64,000 bases of DNA. It comes from Octopus vulgaris. Its lineage: Eukaryota. Positions 25,260-39,794 of the stretch are shown here, piece after piece. The position numbers were made by a program, and so were the translations under genes. Every line of letters begins with the position of its first letter. Position 1 is the stretch's first letter. The stretch spans positions 70,866,001-70,930,000 of the forward strand of contig OX597831.1 of assembly GCA_951406725.2 (NCBI GenBank). The letters are read 5' to 3'. The notes beneath the pieces were generated by a model, which was not told the DNA's origin, ran no database searches, and saw only the letters and a list, made by a program, of their open reading frames with translations.

Positions 25260-25600
25260 TGCAGGCATGGCTATATAGTTTCAGGCTCAGTCCCACAACA
25301 TAGCATACTAGGCAAATTTCTTCTGTTACAGAATGCCTTGTGAGTGAATTTAGTTGAAGGAAACTGTGTGGAAGCTTATCATATATATTCATGTGTGTAT
25401 GTATGTTTGTCCCCATCACTACATGACACCCAGTGTTTATTTATTCCTGTAACTAAATGGTTCAGCAAAAGAGACTGATAGAGTAAGTACCAAATGTTGA
25501 AAGATAAGTACTGGTGCCAATTTATGTGACTGAAACCTTTCAGAGCTGCGCCCCAACATGGCCAAAGAGCTATCAGTGAAACAAATAGAAAATAAAAGTA
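25260..25600 (+). mobile_element. Old SINE family A copy
   Basis: gccttgtgagtgaattt..gaaactgtgtggaagc; tail gcgccccaacatggcc. Confidence 0.7.
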
Positions 25601-27323
25601 TTAATATATTATTTTCATATTTCTATTTTATCATTATCATCATCATTTTTATGTCCACTTTTCCATGCTGGCATGGGTTAGATGAAATGTTTTGTAACAG
25701 TGTTTTATAAACAAATACCCTTCCTTACATGATCCTTTCAGTTGACTCATAGAATAGGCTCTAAAAACTGGGATAACACAAGTTGAAATAATCCAACGTA
25801 CACAAGTTTTATTTTTATTTTTAAGGTGTCCGTTGTTTTAGTTATTGTGGTAGTGATGGTGATTGTGATGTTAGGTGTTGATCAAATTGTAGAATATACC
25901 ATTTCTTATTATTACATCATACTTTCAGTTCTTAATCTCCCTCTCTCATACTCTTTCTTACTTTCAAATCATACTATGCTACCTTATCCCTTTATCAGTG
26001 TTAGATATGGAGTATTTTTTTTTCTTCAGGAACTAGTATTATAGAAATTGAGTGGGTGAGTTTTCTCATCTAACAATTTGACTTTATGTTTTTGATATTA
26101 TTTTATTCTATAATTTTTATTAGTAATGTTATTTCTTTAGTTACCTTGGTGTCTGTGTATCCCTCTCACTATCACCATTTCTTATTTTCTGGTTTGTTAT
26201 TGATTGTTGTAGATACTGTCCTTATTTAGGACTATCATGCTATATAAAACATATCTTAATTGAGTAATATATGTTATTTTTATATTCATAACAATATAAT
26301 TGTATTTATAATAGCTTCACGATATACTTTGATAGTATCGCAGCTACAATGAATGTAGATACTCCAGGCTATAGACATATAAATAATTTTTTTTTTTTTC
26401 ATTTATATATTTTATTTTAAACTGTCTTTCTATATTGTTGTGTTTAATAGTTAGAAAGTTTAAAATTATAATACTAGTAGTTTTCCAGGTACCGAACATG
26501 GTAGCCCAGTTGCTATGGGCTTATGATTTATTCATAAATCATTTTAGTTCTTTTATTCCATTTTGTTACTTGTTAGTACATCATGTACACTGCATAAACA
26601 TATACATACCCATAACCCATTTATGACTTATAAATATTTACAACAGAATGCAAAATTATTAGCTGGCACCTACATTTCACTCAGGCCTGGGTCTATTACA
26701 GATGTTACATGCACGTAAGAATGATACAAAGTAAGACTTTATAGTAATATAGTGCACACCAAATTTATAGTGTGATTGGAAAATTAGTTGGAGGGACCAG
26801 TACTGTGCCACAATGGTCAATGTAAAATCTTACATCTCATCATACTAACCAAATCAATGACTTGTCACAGAATTTGATCTTTTGTGAGAGTTAATATATC
26901 CTTACTATGGCTATTAATCAATATATCCTATCTGTCCTGCACATGAGTGAATAAAATTGTTTTGTTTTAATGCTGCTGTTTGAATGTTCAAATCTCACAG
27001 GATCCTGAATCTACAACTTGAAGCAAAAGTGAAATATTTGAACCTTTCATATATATATATTCAGAGCCGTTTGTTTCTCTTATATAATTTTTACATGATT
27101 CTTATGTAATATGCAATGTTTTTCTTCTGGCAGCCAGTGTGTGGGTTATTACACAAAACTTGCAATCCATTTTACATAAATTTTTACAAAAAAATAATAA
27201 ATTTGATGGATCTACCTGTTTTATTCATGAATTTAATATTGCAAGTTTTCCATAAGATTTTCCTATATTAAGTTTCCCATAAGATTTTTCTCCCTCTTCC
27301 TCACCTTATGTGTATATATGTGT

Positions 27324-27359
<36 letters not shown>

Positions 27360-28571
27360 ATAGATAGATACATACATACATACACACATATTTATGTATA
27401 TATATTCACATACACATGTAAGCATATATATAATCTTTATATTTATATATATCAAATATGTGTGTGTGTGTGTGTGTGTACATATGTATGTATATACATA
27501 CAATATTGCACTATTGAATGTAGCATCAAAACGCATGCTATCAAACTCTGCTTTTGTAAATATTTACTCTTAATTTTTATCTCAAACTACAATATTCTAA
27601 ACCTGTTACAATATAAAGGGCATTCTTTACTTGCAGCATTCTTTAATATGTTTTCTGTAGGACTTTTGTCACCAGAGAATCACAGAGTCTTTAGTAAGAA
27701 TAATTTTCCTCAAAAATTTCCTGATTTTTGCTGTATATGTCCTTTTAGTTTTGCGTCTCATATCAACTTAGAAATTTTTCAAATAACTAGAAACAAACTA
27801 CTTTCCAAACAACTAACTATGGTCTTCAAGAATTGTTGGTGAAATCAATTTCTCTTTTATTCCTTCTCTTTTCATCTGCCCATATATCTCAGTGTCTCTA
27901 TTATGGTGTTATGGTGTTGCAGTTCTATACACTTACGTCCGGCATCATTTCCCAACAGACTTTCTTCAAAAAATAAATATTTCTTCATTCTTTTAAGGCA
28001 TCCAGTCTATTGCTCAAGCAGAACGTTTCTTGGTTTGTTACACCAGTAAAAGTCCAAATCAGTCTATTGCCAGACTTACAGCAATATTTCTTTTTCAATT
28101 GTATCTGTTTTATTCTCTCTATCATATTAGTATACACTCCAGTTTCTACTATCTGTTCTGTTGTATTTATTGAAACATAACACAGTCTCATTGTACTGTA
28201 TTAATGTATAATAAGAACTGGACAGTATATACATGGTAAAATATGATACATGTTTGCTGGTAGTTGAACTACTTGCAGGAGATATACAGCAAGCATGATT
28301 GAAGATATGATAGATGAGGTAATGCAGGTTCCATACTCATTTTCTACATTATCCTCCTCTTTTATCCTTTCTCTTTTCCATCTTTTTTTCGCTTCCTTTC
28401 TCTCCCACAAATCACATTTACATATCCTGTTTCTTCTCTTCGTCATCTCTCCGCTTTCATTCCTTTTTCCTGTATTTAGATAATCTATAAGTTGATTATA
28501 TGTTATAGGTATGTCACTGAAACCTAATTCCTACAGGCAGACAGCATCTTAATGTATATAATCCCCACCAC

Positions 28572-28785
<214 letters not shown>

Positions 28786-28880
28786 TAAGAATGTTCCCAT
28801 TCTCAAGTTTGCTCCACTGAGGATCATGGTTTACAGAAATACCTACCTGAAACTGTCATATGAATTTAAATGTATACATT

Positions 28881-29294
28881 AGGCGCAGAAGTGGCTGTGT
28901 GATAAGTAGCTTGCTAACCAACTACATGGTTCCAGGTTCAGTCCCACTGCGTGACATCTTGGGCAAGAGTCTTCTGCTATAGCCCCGGGCCGACCAATGC
29001 CTTGTGAGTGGATTTAGTAGACGGAAACTGAAAGAAGCCTGTCGTATATATGTATATATATATATGTATGTGTGTGTATGTGTTTGTGTGTGTGTGTTTG
29101 TCCCCCTAGCATTGCTTGACAACCGATGCTGGTGTGTTTACGTCCCCGTCACTTAGCAGTTCAGCAAAAGAGACCGATAGAATAAGTACTGGGCTTACAA
29201 AGAATAAGTCCCAGGGTCGATTTGCTCGACTAAAGGTGGTGCTCCAGCATGGCCGCAGTCAAATGGCTGAAACCAGTAAAAGAGTAAAAGAGTA
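28881..29294 (+). mobile_element. Full-length SINE family A
   Basis: Colinear with 8341-8755. Confidence 0.9.
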
Positions 29295-30336
29295 TTACCT
29301 ACAAACACATATGCTGATGTATGTGTGTGTGTGCGCACAGGCGTGTGTGTGTGCATGCGAGTGTATGAACATATATATATGTATATATGTAATTTTCATT
29401 TATATTTTGTTTCTGGAATTTTTGTTTACAAAATTAACTAACCAGGACATTTCCTCCATTCATTTGTAGAGAGGCTATGTGCCTCCAGCTATTTGAGTCT
29501 TGATGCATCTCCTATTCTGCTAGGCACTTTATTGATGTGAACCTAATGGCCACACTTTGACCAGCCGTAACAAGCAACCTTCTAAATGTAGGAATATATA
29601 TATTTATATATATATAGATATACATATATAGGTATGAAACTAAGTATTAGTACTTTTCGGTCAATAATATATATATATATATATAGGTACAGGTGTGATT
29701 GTACAGTAAAAAGTTTGCTTCCAAATCTCATGGTTTTGGGATCAGTCCCACTGTGGGGCACTTTGGGCAAATGCCTTCTTCTGTAGCTTCAGACTGACCA
29801 AAGCTTTGTAAATGTATTTGCAAGACAGAAACTGAAAGAAGCCCATCCTATGTGTGTTTGTGCATGCATGTGTACACATACAATGCATCTTATTTGGAAA
29901 TTACAAGCATAGAACCCATAAAACCACGTAGTTATTTGTTGTCCTACAGGAAAGTTTGTTATTTTGATAAATAACTCTCTCTTTCTTGTTCTCTCTCACT
30001 CTCTCTCTCACTCACTCTGTCTCTCTATCTATCTATCTTTCTTTTTATCTATCTGTGTATCTATCTATGTGGCAGAGTGGAATAGCACAAGATAGAGAAT
30101 GAGATACACGCACGAGGAGTGGGACATAGCGAGAGAAAGGGAGAAGGGAAGTGATGCAGATGATGGGGGTCATTTAATAACACACTTGAGCAGATAAGCG
30201 AATGTTTGCAAATATTTTCATGAGTAAACCCTGAAATCAAATTCTATTAGATTGAATAATATGGTAGATTATGTAACAAGATCTCAGAATATATATAGTC
30301 AAGATTGGAAGGCTTTTTAACCATAAGTTTGCTTAA

Positions 30337-30557
30337 CCCTTTAGTGTTCACATTATTCTGCCAAAATTAATCCTTTTTGATTCACATTGTTTTAAACTAA
30401 TCATGCATTATCTTGTAGCTATGAGATTTTGATGAGGTAACTGTTAATTTTAAAGATGATATTGTAGGGTTGGTGTGAGAGACCAGATCTGGCCTGTTTG
30501 AACATAAAACAGGCAGAATATTTTTGGCCAGATATGGCCAGTTTAAATGCTAAAGGG
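30337..30557 (+). mobile_element. piggyBac-type MITE
   Basis: TTAA duplication at 30333 and 30558; termini CCCTTTAG...CTAAAGGG. Confidence 0.85.
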
Positions 30558-30941
30558 TTAATAGAACGGTTTTGGTGCTAAACAACAAGATAGCAAAACT
30601 GAAACCTGTGAAGGAGGATAAAATTAAAATAAAAACCTGAACTGGAAACTGTTTCCAAATATAGAACCCTTTAACTACAACATTTATACATACCAACAAT
30701 AACAAACGTCTGTATTTATACCCTGAAAGCATTAACAAAAATGGAAGTCCTAACTTTGGAATGCTTTATTTTGTTTACCAGTACTCACAATAAAGCAGCT
30801 AACTAAAGAATTGAGCAAATTAGACATTTTGGGTGATAGATGAACATTTTATTCTGCAAGAATTGATCACAATGACTGCACCTAAATAAATATGAAATTA
30901 GCAAATCACTCCACAACAATGTATTTTCTGTGGATTTGAAG

Positions 30942-31158
30942 CTTTAGCATTTTAACCTGCCTTATCCAACATGAATAGTCTACATGTTTTATGTTCAAAT
31001 TGGCCAGATCCAGCCCCTCACACTTACCCAACAATGACATTCTACTAATAAACAATTTCATCATCAAAACCTCAAGGCTTTATGATGATGCATGATAAAT
31101 TCAAATCAATGTGAACAAATAACCCCTATATTTGACAGTCATCTCAAGGCTTTTAGGG
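30942..31158 (-). mobile_element. Degenerate copy of the same MITE
   Basis: Reverse-complement similarity to 30337-30557 (ggccagatccagcccctcacac). Confidence 0.7.
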
Positions 31159-31166
31159 ATAATATA

Positions 31167-32099
31167 TTAGATTGTCCAGAAAGTTCTGAGTGTTTTTAAG
31201 CAAAATCTTTTAACGCTTCATTGAACACAGCTGAAATGGAGCACAGTTAAAACTTTGGCAGTTCTTGTTTTTAGTATTGCTTGTTCTTCTTTGTTCCTGA
31301 CTGAAAATAGATTTATCTTTCATTCCAGTTACTCTTTATTGACATTTGTGGAGGCGCAATGGCCCAGTGGTTAGGGCAGCGGACTCGCGGTCATAGGATC
31401 GCGGTTTTGATTCCCAGACCGGGCATTGTGAGTGTTTATTGAGCGAAAACACCTAAAAGCTCCACAAGGCTCTGGCAGGGGATGGTGGTGATCCCTGCTG
31501 TACTCTTTCACCACAACTTTCTCTCACTCTTACTTCCTGTTTCTGTTGTACCTGTATTTCAAAGGGCCGGCATTGTCACTCTCTGCGTCATGCTGAATAT
31601 CCCTGAGAACTACGTTAAGGGTACACGTGTCTGTGGAGTGCTCAGCCACTTACACATTAATTTCATGAGCAGGCTGTTCCGTTGATTCGGATCGACCGGA
31701 GCCCTTGTCATCATAACCGACGGAGTGCTTCCACCATTGACATTTGAAATGGATAACCAAAAATTTCATATTCTTGTAGTAATGCTTTTCTTTTTTAAAA
31801 AAAGGAGAACATGCTGCCAAAACATTTGTGAAGTTTATGGTGAATGATGCTGTAGGTGAATCAACTGTTCGAAGGTGGTTTGCAAAATTTAAAGCTGGCG
31901 AGTTTAGTTTGGAAGATGACAGTTGCAGTGGAAGACCTTCAAAATTGGATAAATATGTTTTGAAGGCAAAAATCGAAGAAAACTCAAATATCATAACTAG
32001 AGAAATTTCAGAGGAGTTAGAGGTTTCTAAGAGTATAGTTCATGAAGTATATCCCTGTTTGCATATTACAAAACACTCAGAACTTTCCAGACAACCTAA
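31167..32099 (+). mobile_element. Internally deleted mariner element
   Basis: TIRs ttag(a/g)ttgtc..gaaagttctgagtgtttt with TA flanks; HTH remnant ESTVRRWFAKFKAGEFSLED..SGRP. Confidence 0.88.
31349..31735 (+). mobile_element. tRNA-derived SINE family C with 11-bp TSD, nested in the mariner
   Basis: tggcccagtggttagggcagcggac..ggttttgattccc; TSD attgacatttg. Confidence 0.9.
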
Positions 32100-32105
32100 T
32101 ATATA

Positions 32106-33373
32106 CTGGGATGGGACAAAATAATGGAAACACCTTAAAGTTTCAAACAAATTTATTTTAATATGGTCTAGGACCACCTTTGGCAGTAATTACAGCTTGA
32201 ATTCTACAAGGTATGCCCTCGTACAGAGTTTGAACTGTTTCCAAATGAATTTTTGTCCATTCTTCAGTTAAAACAGTCTCTAGTTCTTGTAGTGATGATG
32301 GTGGAGGATATCGACTCCTTACCTGTTTTTCTAAAATGCACCATAAATGTTCGATAATATTGAGATCTGGGGACTGTGGTGGCCATATAAGATGTTCAAC
32401 TTCACTAGAATATTCCACGTGCCATTCAGTAACAACTTTAGCTGAGTAAATCTGTGCATTATCATCCAAAAAGATTGCGTTTCCCTCTGGAAACAGTTCC
32501 ACAAACATAGGATGAATTTGATCAGATATACTTAAATAGTCTTCACTATTAATTCTGCTATGAAGGGAAACTATTATGCTGGTGGATTTCCAAGATATAA
32601 CCCCCACCCCAGATGATCACAGATCCTCCTCTCTGTTTAACAGTTGGAAGAAGGCAGTCTGGGTCAAATGCTTCTTTTGGCTGTCTCCACATGTATACTC
32701 AGCCAGTGGTCGGAAATATGGTAAATATGTCCAAGAAAATACCATTCTTCCACTGCTCTAGGGACCAATTCCATAGGTTTTTACTTCACTCTAAATGCTT
32801 TGCAATGTTTGTTTTTCAAAGTAGTGGTTTTCTGATTGCAACCCTCCCATGAAATCTGGCTTTGTGCAGCTCCTGGTAAACAATTTTTGTGGAAACTGGG
32901 TTCTCAGGGTGGTCATTAAGCTCTGCAGTAATTTTGAGAGCTGTACTTTTGTGATCCTTTCTAACAATTTGCATAAGAGTCCGACAATTCCTATCGGAAA
33001 GTTCTGGTTTTCTTCCAGAGTTTTGTTTCAACAAGGAGGTTTTTCCCTCTTTCTCAAAGGCTGTCATTACTTTTGATACAGTACATCCTGATACACCAAA
33101 CATTTCAACTGTTTTAAGTGTGCTAGCACCCGTCATATGAGCACCAACAATTTGACCTCTTTGAAAATCTGCTAGGTCTGTCATTTTTATGAATTTTAAT
33201 TACCTTTTACTGATGATATCTGAAAAGAAACAGCAATTTTAGCAAAACATATTAAGCAACACTAACAATAACTCAAAAAACATAGAAATAAACAAGCTCT
33301 TGATGGTTTTTTATATATTTCAAAATTATGATGCTATGATGCTAGGTGTTTCCATTATTTTGTCTAATCCCCT
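32106..33373 (-). mobile_element. Tc1-like (DDE) DNA transposon with disrupted transposase
   Basis: TIRs ..gacaaaataatggaaacacct; ORFs 32816-33184 (paired-type HTH, SGR) and 32158-32607 (FLDDNA, WPPQSPDLNIIEHLW). Confidence 0.92.
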
Positions 33374-33587
33374 ATATATATCATCAAATTGAATAAGAAA
33401 ACATTAAAGACAGAAATAACAAAGCAACAAGAGGATGTGTACATGGAATGTATTAGTTTGACAGTCAGTAAAGGTGAAAAAAAGAGAGAGGGTTTTTGAC
33501 GTTCTGAGCATAGCTTTTCATCAGAGAGGAAAATGGAAAAGTCCAGAGAAGGGAAAATATCACCAACAGCACATGTGTGGTAAGATA

Positions 33588-34283
33588 TGCCTTGTCAGCA
33601 CACCAAATACTGTTTTATCATCTTTGAAAGATCCTCTCTTATAGGTGCTTAGTGCATAAAAGTACACACATAGATCGTAGCAAATGAGAATTGTCTGTCA
33701 TGGGTGCCAGAATTTCCATATCACAGGATTTTGTTCTCATACCCTTTGGTATTAATACTATTTCACACAATAATAATTAATTTTTAATAAACCTGCTGTC
33801 TATTTGCAATGTAAGTGTCTGAAAAGATACTAGTATTCTATATATTGTGGCAGTGAGATTTGACTGGCTTGTGGTAACTGGTACTTCCCACTAATGAAGT
33901 CCAGTAGACCAAAATCATGTGATATGGAAATTCTGGTGCCCATGACAGACAATTCTCATCTCCTACAGTCTGTGTATGAGCTTTTATGCATCAGGCACAT
34001 ATAAGAGAAGATCTCAAGGCTAACAATCTTTTCTACGCTAGGTACAAGGCCTGAAATTTTGGGGGAGGGGGGCAGTCACTTAGATCGATCCCAGTACGCA
34101 ACTGGTACTTAATTTATTGACCTCAAAAGGATGAAAGGCAAAGTCGACCTCGGCAGAATTTGAACTCAGAACATAAAGACAGATGAAATACTGCTAAACA
34201 TTTCACCTGGTGTGCTAATATTTCTGCCAGCTTGCCACCTTTCTCAAGGTTAATAATGGAATATTCAATGTTCTAAGAAGGCA
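33588..34283. mobile_element. Fold-back MITE with inverted arms over 110 bp, interrupted by a SINE
   Basis: 33625-33737 is inversely repeated at 33908-34018. Confidence 0.7.
34028..34241 (-). mobile_element. SINE family B variant with ~16-bp TSD
   Basis: TSD tctcaagg(c/t)taa(c/t)aat. Confidence 0.88.
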
Positions 34284-34358
34284 GTGTTTGTTAAATTGGA
34301 TATAATGATTACCTGTAGGTATTAATACTGTTTCCATCACTCATAATTTATTTATATA

Positions 34359-35045
34359 CTAGCTGAATTATCCGATAATACCCGCAAAAGCAAGGGTTAT
34401 TTCCAGTTCCCATTCCCATTACACTGTTTCATGTCCTATCCCATTCCCTGTCCAGTTCTCATTTTAGTTCCATTCCTATTTCTATCCCCAATCCTATGTC
34501 AATATATAAGTTTTAGAGTCAGTTAAGTGCAATTAAACCATTAAATATTTTATTAACCTTTATGGTAATAGTTTATTGCTAAAAATAGGTATTACAAACT
34601 ATTAATATGATTAGTGGGTGACAAAGGAATATCCCTACATTATTTTAGCAAAGAAATATGCATCAGAGTAAAATAAATTAGATAAATAGATAGATTTACA
34701 AATACATTGACAAATAGTCCATGTATTGTAGCTGGCATTGTCTCATGTCATAGCTTATCGTAGCTGATTTGTAAACATGTGCTACAGCCCCATTCCCTAG
34801 GGGACCCATTATAGATTTTTATTGAAATTCAGAATAACAAAATTGGATTTAATGTGAAAAATTATTTCATATACCAAATTTGTAAATTTGACATAATTTT
34901 AAAATCTCACAATATGTGACAGCAACAGGGAGCACCCTACAAAAGTAGAGAGAGAGACAGCTATAGGACGTGACACACACACCACACACACAAATTTACA
35001 GATGTACACACAGGTAATCACGAGTTTCAAGTGGTATACAGTAGA
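34359..35045 (-). mobile_element. Non-autonomous Helitron-like element
   Basis: Minus strand starts A|TC and ends CTAG|T with a subterminal short hairpin; internal (CCCATT)n-like tract. Confidence 0.5.
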
Positions 35046-35420
35046 TTATATATGTATGTATGTATTTACAAGAGTATGTATGCAGCATCATGTGTATATG
35101 ACAGCTTTATTAACATTAACATTCCATTGTCACCTCTATTCTCACCTTCACTGATATAAGCCACCCTGTCTCTGTTATTACCTCAGACTTATACTTTTTG
35201 CAACCCTCTCATTTTATCCTATAATTCACCCAACGCCCCTGGGGAGAGCACATTACAGATTTTTATTGAAATCCAGTTAGCCTTGTATTGAAATGAATAT
35301 TAGTGTCACATGTATGCGAAGTTTCATGAATATTGGTTTTGTGGTTTAGGCTCTATGTTGGTGACAGACAGAAATTGCCATTTATAAGTATATGAGACAA
35401 ACAGACCTTATTTAAATGTA

Positions 35421-36264
35421 TGTGGTCTGATTAATAAATATCTGGACTGTTGCCATAGTAACAAAGCTAGAGCACACAGAATGAAGCTTAGCAAAGACTG
35501 ACCTTGAACTCTGTTGTACATTTGCACTAAGTTTTAATGTTCTAGCTCACTTATGCTGTTTACAACAGTGCTTGGAAGGAATGTGTGTTGACCATGAGAG
35601 AGAAAGTTGTCATGGTGATACCTGCTCAGAGGCCTACACAAAGTTGCAGAATATGTATGGAGAGGAGTGTATGAGCTGCACTCAAGTGTACGAGTGGTTC
35701 AGACATTTCCAAGATAGCTGAAAAAATGTCACTATTGATGAACGTTTTGGGAGACATGCAACCAGCAAAACTGAGAAAAACATCGCAGTTGTATAAATCG
35801 TCAAATCACCATCTGTGAGTTATCAGAGGATGTGCTGATTAGTTATGGTTTAGTTCATTATCACTGAAGATTTGGATATGAGATACTTATCTGCTAAATT
35901 TGTGTCAACAATGCTTTCGGTGGACCAAAAAGACACTCAGGTTTCAGTTGCACAAGATAAACCTTGATAGTTTGGTGGATTATGAAAACTTTTTGAAAAC
36001 TTTGTGCAGGCCTTTGAGCAGCTATCACCAAGCTTTTGGCAAAATTTGATGCAGATTTTCTGCTCAACTTTGTCTGTCATGGTCAATGCAATGATCACAA
36101 ATACTTCCAAGTATTTCTGTAAAAAGCAGAAGTGAGCTAAAACATTGAAAATTATTGTGCATGTACAGCAGAGGTCAAAGTCAATCTGTGCCAAGCAGCT
36201 TCACTCTGTATACATTAGTTTTGTTACTATGGCAACAGTCTGGATACTTATTGATCAGACCGTG
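35421..36264. mobile_element. Mariner derivative built from two inward-facing 5' ends
   Basis: TA-flanked long inverted ends; transposase N-terminus on both strands (TQVYEWF on +, MTDKVEQKICIKFCQKLG on -). Confidence 0.8.
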
Positions 36265-36785
36265 TATATACCTCAAGTATGTGGGTGTGTTAGCCAATAT
36301 GAAAAACCCTCTTTTTGATGACCCAGCTTAGGAGTTATAGCAAGCAAATCATTCTCAAATTACTTCCTACTGATGTATATATAAGTGTACAAAAATGTAT
36401 GCAGAAAAGAACCTATGTATGTATAAATGTATGCATGTATGTGTGCATGCATGTGTGAATGTGTGCATGCATGAATGTGTGTGTGTGTGTGTGTGTGTGT
36501 GCATGCAGTATGGCAAAATGCTTAAGATGTATGCTTGCAATCATGAGGTTTCAGTTACAGTCCCAATGTATAGGATCCTCAGTAAACATACTTTCCATCG
36601 ATGTGGGTTGGCACATACCTTGTGAGTGGAATTGGGTAAACAAAAGCCGTATAGGGCCTTATCGGTAAGCATTTTAGAAGTAATTCAAAGATACTGCCTT
36701 GTCACAAACTCTCATACTGATTCTGCCTGTAAATTAGGATACACATGACTGTGGCCTACTCAGTCACTTAGCATACTTTAGTCAG

Positions 36786-37172
36786 TGGAGGTGCAATGGC
36801 CCAGTGGTTAGGGCAGCGGACTTGCGGTCATAGGATCGCGGTTTTGATTCCCAGACCGGGCTTTGTGAGTGTTTATTGAGCGAAAACACCTAAAGCTCCA
36901 CGAGGCTCCAGCAGGGCGTGGTGATCCCTGCTGTACTCTTTCACCACAACTTTCTCTTACTCTTACTTCCTGTTTCTGTTGTACCTGTATTTCGAAGGGC
37001 CGGCCTTGTCACTCTCTGTGTCACGCTGAATATCCCCGAGAACTACGTTAAGGGTACACGTGTCTGTGGGGTGCTCAGCCACTTACACGTTAATTTCAAG
37101 AGCAGGCTGTTCCATTGATTCGGATCAACCGGAACCCTCATCGTTGTAACCAACGGAGTGCTTCCTCCTCCT
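36786..37172 (+). mobile_element. SINE family C nested in an older related SINE
   Basis: Colinear with 31349-31735; TSD atactt(t/g)agtca. Confidence 0.9.
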
Positions 37173-38091
37173 AATACTTGAGTCAATGAGCAGCTAATCC
37201 ACTTGACTGAACAACTGAAAACTGATGTATGAACAAAATGTATTTATGTATGAACAAGAACAGATCTTCTACACGAGCTTAATCTTCCTCTCTCAGCCTA
37301 TTCATTTATGTGTGTGCATACAAGCCAATGCAGTGTAGTCTCTGATATCTAAACAAAATCGGATGGCTGTAATTAAAAGGCCTTTAAAAAATTAAGTTTG
37401 CTAATTTAAGACCAACTTGGAGCTCATTTAAAACAGAGAGACATCAACATTGCAGGTGCTTCTAACCAAAATAGCAGCCAATTCTCCCCCGAACTGCATC
37501 ATACTGCTGCATGTTACTATGTTACAATGTTCCAATAGCTTGGCATCACTTGATACCTCTGATGGTATACACACATGCACGCATAAATGCTCACACTCCC
37601 CACAGACACACACATGCATGCAAGAACACACACACACACACACACACATGTGTAAGTGTTTTCATGTCAGCATGCATGCTTGCATGTATGTATGTATATA
37701 TGAATGCACGTATGTATGTATGAAGGAATGTATGTATGCATGCATGGATGCATGTATGTATGCATGTATGTATGTATGTATGTATGTATGTGTGCGTGTG
37801 TGTGTGTATGTATGTATGTATGTATGTAATATATGTATGTATATGACCATTGATTCTGCTGAGGTCACTGCCCTTTGACAGGTTTTGTTTTTCATCCTTG
37901 AACTGTCCAATGAAAACTACCCTCCTCATCACACAGACTAGTTACTAATAGCTCAACTATGATACAGGTTATACTGGTTACATATTACCAGTAGCACTAA
38001 GATTAATCTGATGTAGACTAGTTCTTCTCTTTAGTCAAATGCATTCATTGTTTAGAGAGAGGGACTAGCCTTGCACAAGGCTTTTTCTCAC

Positions 38092-38324
38092 TTCAAAAAG
38101 GTGTCACATAAGATTTTAACATCTGTATTATGTGGCAGCATACAATGATTTGTTTGTTTCTCCAAAAGGCAAAAACACTCAATAAACAAATCCATCATAA
38201 AATGGAAACTTGTACTAGTGTGTGCAATAAGCTCTCTGAATACCAGCTGTAAGGAGTTCCTATGATTGTCACATCTGTGCAAAGGAATATAGTTCTGTAG
38301 CAGAACTGGGAAGCTATATCTATG
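38092..38324 (-). CDS. Candidate host-gene exon (unknown protein)
   Basis: Open frame HRYSFPVLLQNY..ILCDTFL; cag acceptor, AA/gtgaga donor; unique sequence. Confidence 0.4.
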
Positions 38325-39638
38325 CTGCTTTAACAGAACAATCAAGTAACGTTATTACTTGAAATTGAGTTACAACTATCATGTGTGTGTATGTATGTCT
38401 ATATATATATATATACACACATAAACACACACATATGTTTATGTATGTATGTGTGTGTGTGAAGTTATGTGTAGTTATGTGTATATCTATATATTTTTAC
38501 ATGTCTGTTTGGTTTCATACATATATATACATATAATATATACATACAAAGATTCATAGACACATACATACATACTCGCATATATGTGTATTTGCACATA
38601 AATGCATCTATATACATATATATGTACATCGTATATATATGCTCATGTGTTTGGGTATAAAATAAAATTAATAAAATTAAAATCCCTTCAACGCATTCCA
38701 ATTCAAGACTCTTGTGTTGATAATCCAATAAAATATCGACTTAGCAATTTTACTTCTACACAGTTCAATGGATGGTAAAATAATATGACGTGGGTTAAAA
38801 TAAGATTTCTTTCTTTTTCATAATGATTTATATCAGTATTTCTCTAGATTTTTCACTTCTCTATCTCTTTAACTATACACTTCAACTCCATTGCTTTCTT
38901 AACTTACAGAATTATCTAGAAAAGTGAGACATGTAAAACTACAGAAGTTAATAATACTAGAAATTTGGAAAGGTGACAATAAATTTAATACTCGTATTAG
39001 AATAACTTCACTAGAATTAACCTTTTAAATTGTGAGAGGTGACAGAGCTTCTATATGGTTGCCTGGTCTACGAGGAATAACAACCAAATTTCCCCTCACG
39101 TGTTACACTCAACAATCTTAAATAAACAACACAATTGATAATGTAGACTGAGTAAAGAATGTTGAGATGATCATGTGAGAATTGCTTTTAACCACAGGTT
39201 GGGTCATTCAAAATTGATTTGATAACACATCCATAAGCAATCTCATTATTTGGTCTTTAGCACTTGTATGTATTTGAAAGCCATTGTTTCACATTACTGA
39301 TATATATTATCAAAGCTGTTGAATAAAAGACCGAAAGCAGGTAGAGATGCATGAAAATGGAAGTATTAGATTGAAATCATTAGAACATTTACTTTGCTTC
39401 TTTGTTTCAAATTCTGTAAACGTTGGATTGAACTTTTATACTTTCAGAACCAAATGTAAATATACCTTTGCCAATGACATCTGACCTTTTTTACTTGGGA
39501 AATCTCTGATTAGAGCTTTTGTAATAACTTCAATGGGATTTTATCATGATGGTAATGTTGATGACAACGATGATACTGATGTCAAAGACGATGACAAATG
39601 CCAACAATGTTGACTGCCCCTAGAAAGACAAAATTTAC

Positions 39639-39794
39639 ACATTTAATAATGATGCCTTTCTGCTGTCTAATGTGCATATCATACCAAGTTGTTACATAAT
39701 CATAGGTAGCATGTTTGGGAGAGAAGAGAGGGGAAGTAATCTCTATTAAATTATTCCCAGTATTTGAAGAGAAGGAAAAGCTATTTAAAACCTC
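39639..39794 (-). CDS. Candidate host-gene exon (unknown protein)
   Basis: 156-bp open frame EVLNSF..KGIIIKC; pyrimidine tract with aag acceptor, gtaaat donor; phase 0/0. Confidence 0.35.

Noticed and set aside
25825-26527. Plus-strand terminal exon candidates (VRCFSYCGSDGDCDVRC* and TEHGSPVAMGL*)
   Set aside because: Short, partly low-complexity, and no upstream exon can be linked to them.
28817-28862. CUGAGGA..GAAACUGUC next to (TA)n
   Set aside because: Core words are present, but stems I and II do not pair convincingly; at most a decayed relic.
31349-31425. tRNA gene
   Set aside because: It is a SINE head: it continues into a repeated body with a TSD and does not form a full cloverleaf.
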